Shown: positions 1 through 8,224 of the stretch, in pieces
Layout of the letters: every line of letters starts with the position of its first letter
Position numbering within the stretch: position 1 is the stretch's first letter
DNA from: Rhodobacteraceae bacterium HLUCCA09
GTDB lineage: Bacteria > Pseudomonadota > Alphaproteobacteria > Rhodobacterales > Rhodobacteraceae
NCBI GenBank assembly: GCA_001314685.1
Contig: LJNT01000118.1
Span: 2,472 to 66,471, forward strand
Direction: 5' to 3'
Length of the DNA stretch: 64,000 nt
Position numbers and translations under genes: made by a program
Notes under the pieces: generated by a model
The model's input: the letters and a program-made list of their open reading frames with translations, nothing else
Databases searched by the model: none
What the model was told of the DNA's origin: nothing

Positions 1-369
1 GACCAGACCGTGCGCCTCGATTTCGGCGACACGGCAATCTCGCGGCAGGGCCATGCCTCGATCGTGTTCGACGACGAGACGGGGCGCTTCTACCTCGGTG
101 CCGGCTCGCGCACCAATCTCGTGCGCCGCAACGGCCGGCCGGTCCTGGCGACCGAGGAAGTGGCGGGCGGTGACGAGATCCGCCTTGGCGAGACGACGCT
201 GCGCCTCGTGGCGCTCTGCGGCGACGGGTTCTCCTGGAGCGAGGGCGTGGCAGACAGCGGCGTGGCGGGCGGCGGCGTGACGGGCGGCAGCGTGACGGGC
301 GGCAGCGTGACGGGCGGCGGCGTGGCGGGCGGCGGCGTGGCGGGCGGCGGCGTGACGGGCGGGGCATGA
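1..369 (+). CDS. FHA domain protein, 5' end outside window, Gly-rich pentapeptide-repeat C-terminus
   Basis: Reading frame open from base 1. FHA core ISRQGHASIVFDDETGRFYLGAGSRTNLVRRNGRPV...GDEIRLGETTLRLV. TGA 367-369 overlaps the next ATG (ATGA). Confidence 0.8.
   Translation, partial: DQTVRLDFGDTAISRQGHASIVFDDETGRFYLGAGSRTNLVRRNGRPVLATEEVAGGDEIRLGETTLRLVALCGDGFSWSEGVADSGVAGGGVTGGSVTGGSVTGGGVAGGGVAGGGVTGGA
256..360 (+). repeat. Seven in-frame 15-bp tandem repeats (consensus GGCRGCGTGRCGGGC)
   Basis: Read directly from 256-360. Encodes SGVAG-GGVTG-GSVTG-GSVTG-GGVAG-GGVAG-GGVTG. Confidence 0.95.
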
Positions 370-1274
370 CCGAGGCGCCCGCCATCCGCCTCGACGCGGC
401 CACCGCGCTCTCTCGGGGAGGACGTGCGCTGCAGGAAGATGCCGTGCTGGGCGCCGCCGTGGGCGCGACCGGCGCCATCGCGCTGGCCGACGGCTGCGGC
501 GGCCATGCCCGCGGCGACCTCGCGAGCAACATCGCGGCCGACGTGGCGCTGCGCGCCCTGGCCCGGGCCGAGGGCAGCCCGGCCGAGCGGCTGCGCGAGG
601 CGGCCGAGGCGGCCAACCTCGCCGTCTACGCCCGTGCACAGGGCGATCCCGAGCTCGAGGGGATGAGCACGACGCTGCTCGTCGTGTCTGTCGAGGCGGG
701 CGGGCTGCACTGGGTGTCGGTCGGCGACAGCCCGCTGTGGTTGATGCGCGAGGGGCGGCTGGAGCGGCTGAACGCCACGCATTCGCTCGCGCGCCAGCTC
801 GACCTCCTGGTGCAGATGGGCGAGATGAGCGCCGCCGAGGCGGCGGGTCATCCCGCGCGGGCGTGCCTGACCTCGGCCCTCGGCGGCGAGACCATCGAAG
901 AGATGGACTGCCCCGACGCCCCGGTGCGGCTCTGGCCGGACGACGTGATCCTCGCGGCTTCCGACGGGCTGCTGACGCTCGACGAGGCGGCGATCACGCG
1001 CCTGCTGAGCGGTGCCGGGGGCGAGGTGCCGGCCAACGCCCTCGCCGAGCGCCTGCTCGCCGCCGTCGAGGCGGAGGGCGTCGCGGGGCAGGACAACGCG
1101 TCGGTCGCGGTGCTGCGGGTCGAGAAGGCGCCGGCGGAATCGGCCCGGACGAGGCGCCTCGGTACCGCTGGCAAGGGTGCCCTCGTCGCCGGGTTGCGCC
1201 GCCGCGCCATCGCCGCGCTCGCCGCCGCCATCGGTGGCGGAGCCTCGGGGGACGGGTCGCGCGCCGCGCGCTGA
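366..1274 (+). CDS. PP2C-family (PPM) Ser/Thr protein phosphatase
   Basis: 302-aa ORF with PPM-type blocks RALQEDAV, ALADGCGGHARGDLAS, MSTTLLVV, VGDSPLWLMREG, ILAASDGL, DNASVAVLRV. Start overlaps the FHA stop. Confidence 0.85.
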   Translation: MTEAPAIRLDAATALSRGGRALQEDAVLGAAVGATGAIALADGCGGHARGDLASNIAADVALRALARAEGSPAERLREAAEAANLAVYARAQGDPELEGMSTTLLVVSVEAGGLHWVSVGDSPLWLMREGRLERLNATHSLARQLDLLVQMGEMSAAEAAGHPARACLTSALGGETIEEMDCPDAPVRLWPDDVILAASDGLLTLDEAAITRLLSGAGGEVPANALAERLLAAVEAEGVAGQDNASVAVLRVEKAPAESARTRRLGTAGKGALVAGLRRRAIAALAAAIGGGASGDGSRAAR

Positions 1275-1454
1275 TCCGGCTGAGTGCGGAAACGGGGGAC
1301 GCCGGGACGGGAAACGCCGGGACGGGGGGCGACGCTCGTGCCTTCGGCACATCGCCCCGCCCGCCGTCCCTGGACGTACCGCGCCGGGCCGGACGGGGCA
1401 CAAGAGAGGGGCGGCGCAGATGCGCCGCCCCTTCGTCACTGGGGCTGTGGCTTG

Positions 1455-3869
1455 TCAGCTCACGGCCTTGAGGTGCGGTGCGTCGGCGGGCACGGGCTGG
1501 GGGGCGATCTCTTCCCAGTCGAGGCCGCCGGCATAGCGCCACGCCATCTGCCCCGCCTCGTCGAGGGCGAAGAGGTGGAGCCAGCGATTGTCGAACAGCG
1601 CCCGCACCCCCTCGTGACGGCAGAGGATGTCGGTCATCGCCTCGCGCGGCGCCTCGATGCAGACCGACAGGCGCAACGGCTCGTGCGCGTAGCTCTCGCC
1701 GTCATGCACCGACTGCCAGGGCAGGCCGGCGCGCAGCAGCCCGCCGTTGCCCTCGATCACGCCGATCCCGCCGGTGACGTTGTGCAACAGCTTGTTGCCG
1801 CCGCCGAAGACGGCAGGAGAGACGGTCGAGCCATAATATTGCAGGCTGATCCAGCTCGCCACGACCACCGGCGCCGTCATGATCAGCTCGAGCACGCTGG
1901 AGCCCTCGTCGGCCCGCCAGTCGTAGTCGTGCAGAAAGGCGCGGCCCTCGAGGCTGCGGCCCGCGGTGCGCGACCGGGGCGCGGCGATGAACGCCTTGCA
2001 GCCGGCGAGCGCCCATTCGGGGCGCACCTCGGCCCAGTCGCGCGCGCGGCTCTCGATGTCGCCGGCGCCCTCGGCCCGGGGCAGGCGCAGCGCGCGCTCT
2101 GCCCGCGTGACCTTGCCCGCCGCGGCGAGCCAGGAGCGAAGCTGCTTGAGGTCGGCCGCGTGGCCCGCGGTGTCGACATCGGCCTCGTAGAGCTTGACCG
2201 CGTCGGTCGTCGTGTCGTGCAGGCCGGCGAGGAAGAGCGTGTCATCGGGCACGTCGATGCCCTTCTCCGGCAATGCGGCGCGCACTGCCGGGTCGTTGAG
2301 CAGGAGCGCCAGCAACCGCGCGTTCACCTCGCCCGAATAGCCGCCGCAGGCCCCGCAATGCAGTGCCGAGGCATGCGGGTTGTTGGTGACGTTGGCGCCG
2401 TGTCCGGCGAGCAGGACGATGCGCGCGAAGTTCTCGGTCAGCGACATGGCGCGCAGCACCGTCTCGGCGGCGCCGATGCGCGCGTCGAGCGGCAGCGCCG
2501 GGTCGAGCCGGGGGGGCGGGCCGGCGGGCAGGTCGGCCGTGTCGAGGCCGAGCGAGTCGCGGACCAGCTTGCCGGCATAGACCGGCCCCATCGCCTCGAC
2601 GAAGGCGAAGGACGACACGGCGGCCAGCTTGAACCGGCCCCAGGCGCGCTTGGCACGGGCGGCGAAGCGGGCGTCCTGGTCCTCCTCCGCCGTGTCGGGG
2701 CCGCCCGAGCAGGTGCTGATGGACGGGTTCAGCAGCACCGGCAGGCGCAGCTCGTCGACATCGGAAGCGAAGCCGCGGTGCTTCGTCGCCACGCCGAAGA
2801 AGCCGGCAAAGCCCAGCGTCTCGATGCCGGGATCGACGGCTTCCAGCGCGCGGCGAAACACCTCCGACCGAACGTCGATGCAGAAGGCGGCCTGCACCGC
2901 GGGCCGTTCGCCGCGGGGCTCGGGCGCCTCGGCGGCGAAGAGCGCGGCGAGGTCCCGCTGGGCGGCGCGCTCGGCGGCCTCCTGCAGGATCTCGTCGACC
3001 ACGAGGGCATGGGTGGCCGCCACCGGTTCGGCATGGGCGGCGCGGGTGCGGGCCCATTCGTCGGCGATCTCGTCTTCATACTGGCGGTAGAGCGCCTCTT
3101 CCCACGTCAGGCGGATCGCCAGCATCTCGGCCATGATCGGGTCGGCGCCGCCGCCGAGCTCGACCTGCCAGAGCCGGTAGCGGGCGAACTGCGCCCAGCC
3201 GCCCATGCTCATGAGAAGCTGGTGGAAGTAGGTCTCGAGCATCGGCCGGGAGAGGCCGAGCGTCAGCGCCGCGCGGGCGATGGCGCCCTCGGCCGTCTCG
3301 GGCGCGTCGAAGACATGGGCGGCGAAGCCGGTGAGGCCCTGGATCTCGGGCGTCAGGTCGTGGGTGGCGACGGCGCGCCATTCCGTCCACGGGCCCCGCC
3401 GCTTGGGCGCGGCCCACAGCGCCTGGCCCGCGTCGAAATAGGCGCCCGACCAGGCGCCGATCCGCTCGGCAATCAGCCCCGGCCAGTCGAGGCGCGAGGC
3501 ATCGGCAGCGAGGTCGGCCACCGTCGGCAGCGCCTTCGGCGTGCGGGCCGGGCTCTGAGCGGCGGCCTTCAGCGCGGCGATGTCGGCGGGCCGCCCTTCG
3601 TGCGGGGCGGCGGCCAGCGCCGCGGCGAGATCGTCGTCGGTGATCCGGCCGTCGTGGATGCGCTCGGCATACCAGTCGCGCGGCATGGCGACGGGGATGC
3701 CCGCGACCCGCGCGAGGCGAGCGCCGGTCACGGCGAGGCGCTCGCCGGTCTGACCGAGATAGGGGTTAACCGCGACCGAGGTGGCCAGCGGCCAGACCGG
3801 GGGGATCGCCCGTCCGGCGCCGTCGGCGGCCTCCATCAGGGCGGCGGGGGAGAGGATTTCATTGGTCAT
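1455..3869 (-). CDS. dabA: DabA (DUF2309) subunit of DAB inorganic-carbon accumulation complex
   Basis: 804-aa ORF. N-terminal VAVNPYLG block. Beta-carbonic-anhydrase-like metal-site motifs FCIDVRSE and [20 protein letters not shown]. Lies 19 nt downstream of the NuoL-like gene. Confidence 0.85.
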   Translation of the reverse strand: MTNEILSPAALMEAADGAGRAIPPVWPLATSVAVNPYLGQTGERLAVTGARLARVAGIPVAMPRDWYAERIHDGRITDDDLAAALAAAPHEGRPADIAALKAAAQSPARTPKALPTVADLAADASRLDWPGLIAERIGAWSGAYFDAGQALWAAPKRRGPWTEWRAVATHDLTPEIQGLTGFAAHVFDAPETAEGAIARAALTLGLSRPMLETYFHQLLMSMGGWAQFARYRLWQVELGGGADPIMAEMLAIRLTWEEALYRQYEDEIADEWARTRAAHAEPVAATHALVVDEILQEAAERAAQRDLAALFAAEAPEPRGERPAVQAAFCIDVRSEVFRRALEAVDPGIETLGFAGFFGVATKHRGFASDVDELRLPVLLNPSISTCSGGPDTAEEDQDARFAARAKRAWGRFKLAAVSSFAFVEAMGPVYAGKLVRDSLGLDTADLPAGPPPRLDPALPLDARIGAAETVLRAMSLTENFARIVLLAGHGANVTNNPHASALHCGACGGYSGEVNARLLALLLNDPAVRAALPEKGIDVPDDTLFLAGLHDTTTDAVKLYEADVDTAGHAADLKQLRSWLAAAGKVTRAERALRLPRAEGAGDIESRARDWAEVRPEWALAGCKAFIAAPRSRTAGRSLEGRAFLHDYDWRADEGSSVLELIMTAPVVVASWISLQYYGSTVSPAVFGGGNKLLHNVTGGIGVIEGNGGLLRAGLPWQSVHDGESYAHEPLRLSVCIEAPREAMTDILCRHEGVRALFDNRWLHLFALDEAGQMAWRYAGGLDWEEIAPQPVPADAPHLKAVS

Positions 3870-3888
3870 GTCTCGGGTCTCCCTTGTC

Positions 3889-5433
3889 TCAGAGGGTCCG
3901 CCGGACGGCCCAGCCGCCGAGCACGCGGTCGAACACGGCGTTCGCGTAGAGGCCGTTGGAGAGGTGCACGCGCAGCCCCGCCGCGGCCGGATGGTAGGCC
4001 CAGAGCGGGAACATGGCCTGCGCGATGGCCACCGCGCCGAAGCTGACCACGGCGAGCACGATCAGCGCCCATTCGAGCGGGCCCGGCGCGGGCGTCGCGG
4101 GCAGGGTGCCGGCCATCAGCCATTCCGAGCCGCGCTGGAGGGCGAAGTAGGCCACCGAGGCGGCGACCGACATCAGCGCCGTCCGCCGGGTCAGCGCCGC
4201 GGGGGCGGTGTCGGCGAGGCCCTGCGCGAGCAGGTAGGCCACGCCGAAGATCAGGATCGCGCCGAGGGCGATGGCCTGGGGAGACTTGTTCTCGAAGCCG
4301 AAGCCGAAGCCCACCGCGGCGTAGATCGCCAGCGCCGCGACGAAGGCCTTGAGCACCGCGGCCCCGTTGGGGATGGCCACCGGGCCGGGCCGGCGGATCG
4401 CGGCAACCCCGTCGACCGCCATGCCGGCGGCGAGGAAGGCGTGCGCCTTGTAGAGCGAGTGCGCCACGATGTGCAGGAGCGCCAGCGGGAACAGCGCCAG
4501 CCCGCACTGGAGGATCATGAAGCCCATCTGCGCCACGGTCGACCATGCGAGCGAGGTCTTGACCGCCGGTTGCGTGAGCATGACGAGCCCCCCGAACAGC
4601 GCGGTGAACCCGCCGACCATGACCAGCACCGCCAGCACGCCGGGCGAGAGCAGGAGCACGTCGGCGAAGCGGATCAGCAGGAAGCCGCCGGCGTTGACGA
4701 CGCCCGCATGCAGCAGCGCCGAGACGGGGGTCGGCGTCTCCATCACCTCGGTCAGCCAGCCGTGCATCGGGAACTGCGCCGACTTGAGCAGCGCGGCGAC
4801 GGCGAGGAAGGCCGCGGCCCAGATCGCGCCGTCGGGGGCCGTGCCCTCGCGGGCGGCAGCCAGGATCGCGCCGATGTCGCCGGTGCCGTAGCCCATCTGC
4901 AGCAGCACCGCCGCGGCGATCAGGGCGAGGTCGCCGAGCCGAGACGTGACCCACTTCTTGCGGGCGGCGCGGCGCGCGGGCACCCGGCCGGGGTAGAACA
5001 GCAGCAGCCGCTGGAGAAAGACGCTGGTGGCGATCCATGCCACGACGAAGAGCCACAGCTCGCCCGCCGTCACCAGCAGCATCACCGCGGCGAGGGTCGC
5101 GCAAAGCCAGCCGGTAAAGGCGCCCTGACGGTCCTCGCCATCCATGTAGGTGGACGCGTAGCGCAGCACGACCCAGCCCACGAACGACACCAGCGTGAGC
5201 ATGACGGCGCTCACGGCGTCGAGCCTGACGGTCAGGCTGAAGAGGCTGGCCGAGGCGGGCCCGGCGAAGATCAGCGTGAGGCCGGCGACGAGCGCGGCGG
5301 CGAACGCGGCGAGGCCCGCGGCCTCGGCCGCGCGGGGCGCGGCACCGGGCCGGCGGCCGGGCGTGGTGAAGGCGAAGGCCATGGCGGCGACCATGATGGC
5401 CGGCGCCAGAAGCGGGATCGGGAATGACTCCAT
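3889..5433 (-). CDS. dabB: DabB, NuoL/ND5-like proton-conducting membrane subunit
   Basis: 514-aa polytopic ORF with complex-I antiporter-like blocks [44 protein letters not shown]. Directly upstream of dabA. Confidence 0.85.
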   Translation of the reverse strand: MESFPIPLLAPAIMVAAMAFAFTTPGRRPGAAPRAAEAAGLAAFAAALVAGLTLIFAGPASASLFSLTVRLDAVSAVMLTLVSFVGWVVLRYASTYMDGEDRQGAFTGWLCATLAAVMLLVTAGELWLFVVAWIATSVFLQRLLLFYPGRVPARRAARKKWVTSRLGDLALIAAAVLLQMGYGTGDIGAILAAAREGTAPDGAIWAAAFLAVAALLKSAQFPMHGWLTEVMETPTPVSALLHAGVVNAGGFLLIRFADVLLLSPGVLAVLVMVGGFTALFGGLVMLTQPAVKTSLAWSTVAQMGFMILQCGLALFPLALLHIVAHSLYKAHAFLAAGMAVDGVAAIRRPGPVAIPNGAAVLKAFVAALAIYAAVGFGFGFENKSPQAIALGAILIFGVAYLLAQGLADTAPAALTRRTALMSVAASVAYFALQRGSEWLMAGTLPATPAPGPLEWALIVLAVVSFGAVAIAQAMFPLWAYHPAAAGLRVHLSNGLYANAVFDRVLGGWAVRRTL

Positions 5434-5854
5434 CGTGCGCGTCTCCCATGATTGCGGCGAGATGTCGCCGCGAGGTAGCAGCGCCCGAGAGAAGTGAAAA
5501 ATTCAATCTTTCGCCGTTTTCGTTCTCTTTTATAAATTGGTCTTCCGGTTGCCAAGGCTTCGGGCGAGGGCGCCCGCCGCCGGCGTTCATCGGCCCGGCT
5601 GCGCATTGCACGCGTCCCTTCCCGCGGGTGAAAGCCGGCCCAGGTGCGGGGCACCGCCCGTGCCGTCCCGTGCGATGGGTGTGGTGTCCGGCCAAGGCGA
5701 GGGAAGCGCCATTCCGAAGGTGCAGCCTTGCCCCGGCGACGTCCGGGCGGAGATGCCGTCGCGCCAGCGCGGGAACGAGGTCATCTCGTGAACGCACGGC
5801 CGGGTCCACGGGGCGCCCGGCCTGCGCCGCCGCCTGTCAAGCCAGGTGCGGTGG

Positions 5855-6499
5855 TCAGGCGTCGGAGCCGTAGCGCGCCAGAAAGGTCTCGACCGCCCCG
5901 TCGGCGACGCGGTTGCGCTCGGCGGCGGTGAACTCGGTCGACAGGCCGAAGATCAGCCGGGCAAAGAGGTCGGCCTTGCACAGCTCGGAAAACTGGTCGG
6001 CCGCGAGCCGCAGGTCGTCGATGCGCAACTCGCCGCGGGCGCAGGCCTCGCGGAAATAGTCGACGAGGATGCCCTTGCCCCGCTCCGGCCCGCACAGCCA
6101 GAACTCGCGCCCGATCTCGGGAAAGCGCCCCGTCTCGGCGACCACGATGCGGAACACGCCCAGACCGAAGGGCGACAGGACGAACTCCATCATCCGGTCG
6201 GCGGCAAAGCGCAGCACTTCGCGCGGCGGGCGCGACATGTCCACCCGCTCGAGCGCCGTGTCGGTCTGGCGGCGGCATTCGAGCGTCGCCACCTCCATGA
6301 ACAGGAGCCGCTTGTCGGGGAAGTAGCTGTAGAGCGTGGCCTTCGAGACGCCGGCCGACCGGGCGATCTCGTCGACGCCGGCGCCTTCGTAGCCCTTGGC
6401 GAGAAACACCTCGCGCGCGCCGGCCAGCACCTGCTCGTACTTGCGACCGCGCTTGATGTCGGCAGCGGTGGCGCGCTGCGGGCTGGCCTGGACGTTCAT
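5855..6499 (-). CDS. TetR/AcrR family transcriptional regulator
   Basis: HTH block GYEGAGVDEIARSAGVSKATLYSYFPDKRLLF. Start taken at the internal MNVQ (ATG 6499) rather than the ORF-track start 6559. Confidence 0.85.
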   Translation of the reverse strand: MNVQASPQRATAADIKRGRKYEQVLAGAREVFLAKGYEGAGVDEIARSAGVSKATLYSYFPDKRLLFMEVATLECRRQTDTALERVDMSRPPREVLRFAADRMMEFVLSPFGLGVFRIVVAETGRFPEIGREFWLCGPERGKGILVDYFREACARGELRIDDLRLAADQFSELCKADLFARLIFGLSTEFTAAERNRVADGAVETFLARYGSDA

Positions 6500-6520
6500 G
6501 CGATCCTCCCCGATGCAACA

Positions 6521-6536
6521 TAAACCGTCCGGTTCA
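6521..6536. promoter_or_regulatory. Imperfect palindrome TAAACCG-TC-CGGTTCA, candidate TetR operator
   Basis: Read in the 96-bp divergent region between the TetR gene (start 6499) and the AEC transporter gene (start 6596). Confidence 0.4.
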
Positions 6537-6595
6537 GTTACCGCAAGTTCGTGCGGCATTCCCTCTCCCTTCCCGCGGGGTTAGGGCAAGGGCCG

Positions 6596-7525
6596 ATGCT
6601 GGCGATCTTTCTCGAAACGCTGCCCTTCTTCGGGGTGATCGGTCTGGGGTGGTGGGCCGGGCGCACGGGCTTCTTCACGCCCGAGGCGACAGCTTACCTG
6701 ACCAAGTTCGTCTTCTATTTCGCGCTGTCGGCGATGCTCTTCCGCTTCTCGGCCGACCTGTCGCTGGGCGAGATCCTCGACTGGAATTTCGTCGCCGCCT
6801 ATCTCTGGGCGTCGATGACGGTCTACCTGATCGCGACCGCCATCGGCTTTCTCCGGCGCCGCCCGATGGAGGAGATCGCGGTCGAGGCGCAATGCGCGGT
6901 GATCGGCAACACCGGCTTTCTCGGCATCCCGATGTTCGCGCTGCTGCTTGGGCCACAGGCGGTGGGCCCGCTGATGCTGGTCCTGGCGGTCGACCTGATC
7001 GTGTTCTCGTCGCTGATCGTCATCATCGTCACGGGCAGCCGCGACGGGCGGGTCAGCCCCGCGGTGCTGCGCACGGTCGGCCTTGGCCTGCTCAAGAACC
7101 CGATGATCGTGGCGATCACGGCGGGGCTGGCGTGGTCGGCGCTCGATCTTCCGTTCCCCGGGCCGATGGAGAGCTTTCTGGCGCTGCTCGGTGGCGCGGC
7201 CACGCCGGGCGCGCTCTTCGCCATCGGCGCGTCGCTCGCGGGCAAGAGCGCCGAGCGGCTGTCGGTGGCGGGATATCTGTCGACCTTCAAGCTGGTGGTG
7301 CATCCCGCGGCGGTGGCCTTTGCCGCGCTGGTGCTCTTCCCGGTCGAGCCGTTCCCGGCGATGGTGATGATCGCGGCCGCAGCGCTGCCGGTGGCGGGCA
7401 ACGTCTACATCCTCGCGCAGCATTACGGGGTGGCGCCGGCGCGCGTTTCGGCCTCGATCCTGATCTCGACGGTGGCCTCGATCGTGACGGTGCCGCTGGT
7501 CGTGGCGTGGCTGCAGGGCGGCTGA
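6596..7525 (+). CDS. AEC (auxin efflux carrier) family transporter
   Basis: About 310-aa polytopic membrane ORF starting MLAIFLETLPFFGVIGLGWWAGRTGFF. Two-lobed hydrophobic pattern typical of the family. Confidence 0.8.
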   Translation: MLAIFLETLPFFGVIGLGWWAGRTGFFTPEATAYLTKFVFYFALSAMLFRFSADLSLGEILDWNFVAAYLWASMTVYLIATAIGFLRRRPMEEIAVEAQCAVIGNTGFLGIPMFALLLGPQAVGPLMLVLAVDLIVFSSLIVIIVTGSRDGRVSPAVLRTVGLGLLKNPMIVAITAGLAWSALDLPFPGPMESFLALLGGAATPGALFAIGASLAGKSAERLSVAGYLSTFKLVVHPAAVAFAALVLFPVEPFPAMVMIAAAALPVAGNVYILAQHYGVAPARVSASILISTVASIVTVPLVVAWLQGG

Positions 7526-7575
7526 CGGGCGATCGGGGGGCGCCAGGAACAAGCCTGTGCGCGGGCCGGTTCGCC

Positions 7576-7767
7576 ATGGTCGACACCCCGACCGGCGAGA
7601 GGGCCCTCGTGGACGTGCTGCGCATCATCCTGTCGATCCTGCTGCCGCCGCTGGGCGTGTTCCTGCAGGTCGGGCTCGGGTTTCACTTCTGGCTCAATAT
7701 CCTGCTGACGCTGCTCGGCTACATTCCCGGCATTGTCCACGCGGTCTGGATCATCGCGCGGCGCTGA
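7576..7767 (+). CDS. YqaE/Pmp3 (UPF0057) small stress-induced membrane protein
   Basis: 63 aa, two TM segments. Family block LPPLGVFLQVG...FWLNILLTLLGYIPGIVHAVWII. Confidence 0.8.
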   Translation: MVDTPTGERALVDVLRIILSILLPPLGVFLQVGLGFHFWLNILLTLLGYIPGIVHAVWIIARR

Positions 7768-7787
7768 CGGCCGCCCTGACGAACGAA

Positions 7788-7819
7788 GGCGCCGCGGGAT
7801 CGGCCCCGCGGCGCCTTTT
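7788..7819 (+). terminator. Rho-independent terminator between convergent yqaE-like and csbD genes
   Basis: 11-bp perfect stem GGCGCCGCGGG/CCCGCGGCGCC, 6-nt loop, then TTTT on the plus strand. Confidence 0.7.
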
Positions 7820-7843
7820 CGAGTCCGGTCGCGGCGAGCGCGC

Positions 7844-8041
7844 TCAGTTGCGCGACATCCAGTCGTCGACCTCCTTCTGGGCCTCTTCCTTGGTGCGTCC
7901 ATACCGCTGCTGGATCTTGCCCTCGAGTTGCTCGCGGTTGCCCGCGGCCTCTTCGACGTCGTTCTCGGTCAGCTCGCCCCATTGCTCGCGGGCCTTGCCC
8001 TTCATCTCTTTCCAGCGGCCCTTCACTTCGTCCCAGTTCAT
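7844..8041 (-). CDS. CsbD-family general stress protein
   Basis: 65 aa. KGRWKEMKGKAREQWGELTENDVEE...EQLEGKIQQRYGRTKEEAQKEVDDW matches the CsbD pattern. Confidence 0.9.
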   Translation of the reverse strand: MNWDEVKGRWKEMKGKAREQWGELTENDVEEAAGNREQLEGKIQQRYGRTKEEAQKEVDDWMSRN

Positions 8042-8076
8042 GGCGGTACTCCCTTTTCATGTGAGATCGGTGAGAG

Positions 8077-8101
8077 AACCCGGGCAGGGGGGCACTGTTC
8101 C
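8077..8101 (-). promoter_or_regulatory. Candidate EcfG-type (general stress sigma) promoter GGAAC-N16-GGTT upstream of csbD
   Basis: Minus-strand GGAAC (8101-8097), 16-nt spacer, GGTT (8080-8077), about 35 nt before ATG 8041. Consensus is GGAAC-N16/17-CGTT, so there is one mismatch. Confidence 0.4.
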
Positions 8102-8145
8102 CCCGCATCGTGCGGACGTCGCTCCCGCGGGGGGGGCGGCGCCAA

Positions 8146-8159
8146 TTGATGCATGTCAA
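8146..8159. promoter_or_regulatory. FNR/FnrL-type box TTGAT-GCAT-GTCAA upstream of ccoG
   Basis: 9/10 match to TTGAT-N4-ATCAA. The box contains the ORF-track ATG at 8153. Confidence 0.6.
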
Positions 8160-8224
8160 AGACGCCTTTTGGGTGGCTTCCTAGGAGGGGCGGCATACCG
8201 TCATCGACCGGAGCCCGTCCCCCC

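Noticed and set aside
1-1274. Assigning the FHA/PP2C pair to a type VI secretion or other specific system
   Set aside because: No structural genes of any such system are visible in the window, so the call would be pure guesswork.
1284-4046. 920-aa ORF on the plus strand
   Set aside because: It is antisense to dabA and its product is Arg/Gly/Ala-rich low complexity with no family features. This is the typical shadow ORF of a high-GC genome. The opposite strand carries conserved DabA motifs.
5434-5854. Riboswitch (e.g. cobalamin) in the dab leader
   Set aside because: I could recognise no B12-box or other riboswitch core. It is reported only as an unexplained long spacer.
5616-6579. Exact 13-nt repeat CCCTTCCCGCGGG at 5616-5628 and 6567-6579, considered as a shared TetR operator
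   Set aside because: A rough estimate (pairwise match probability about 0.28 per base over all position pairs in 64 kb) predicts on the order of a hundred chance 13-mer repeats in GC-biased DNA. It is therefore not significant on its own.
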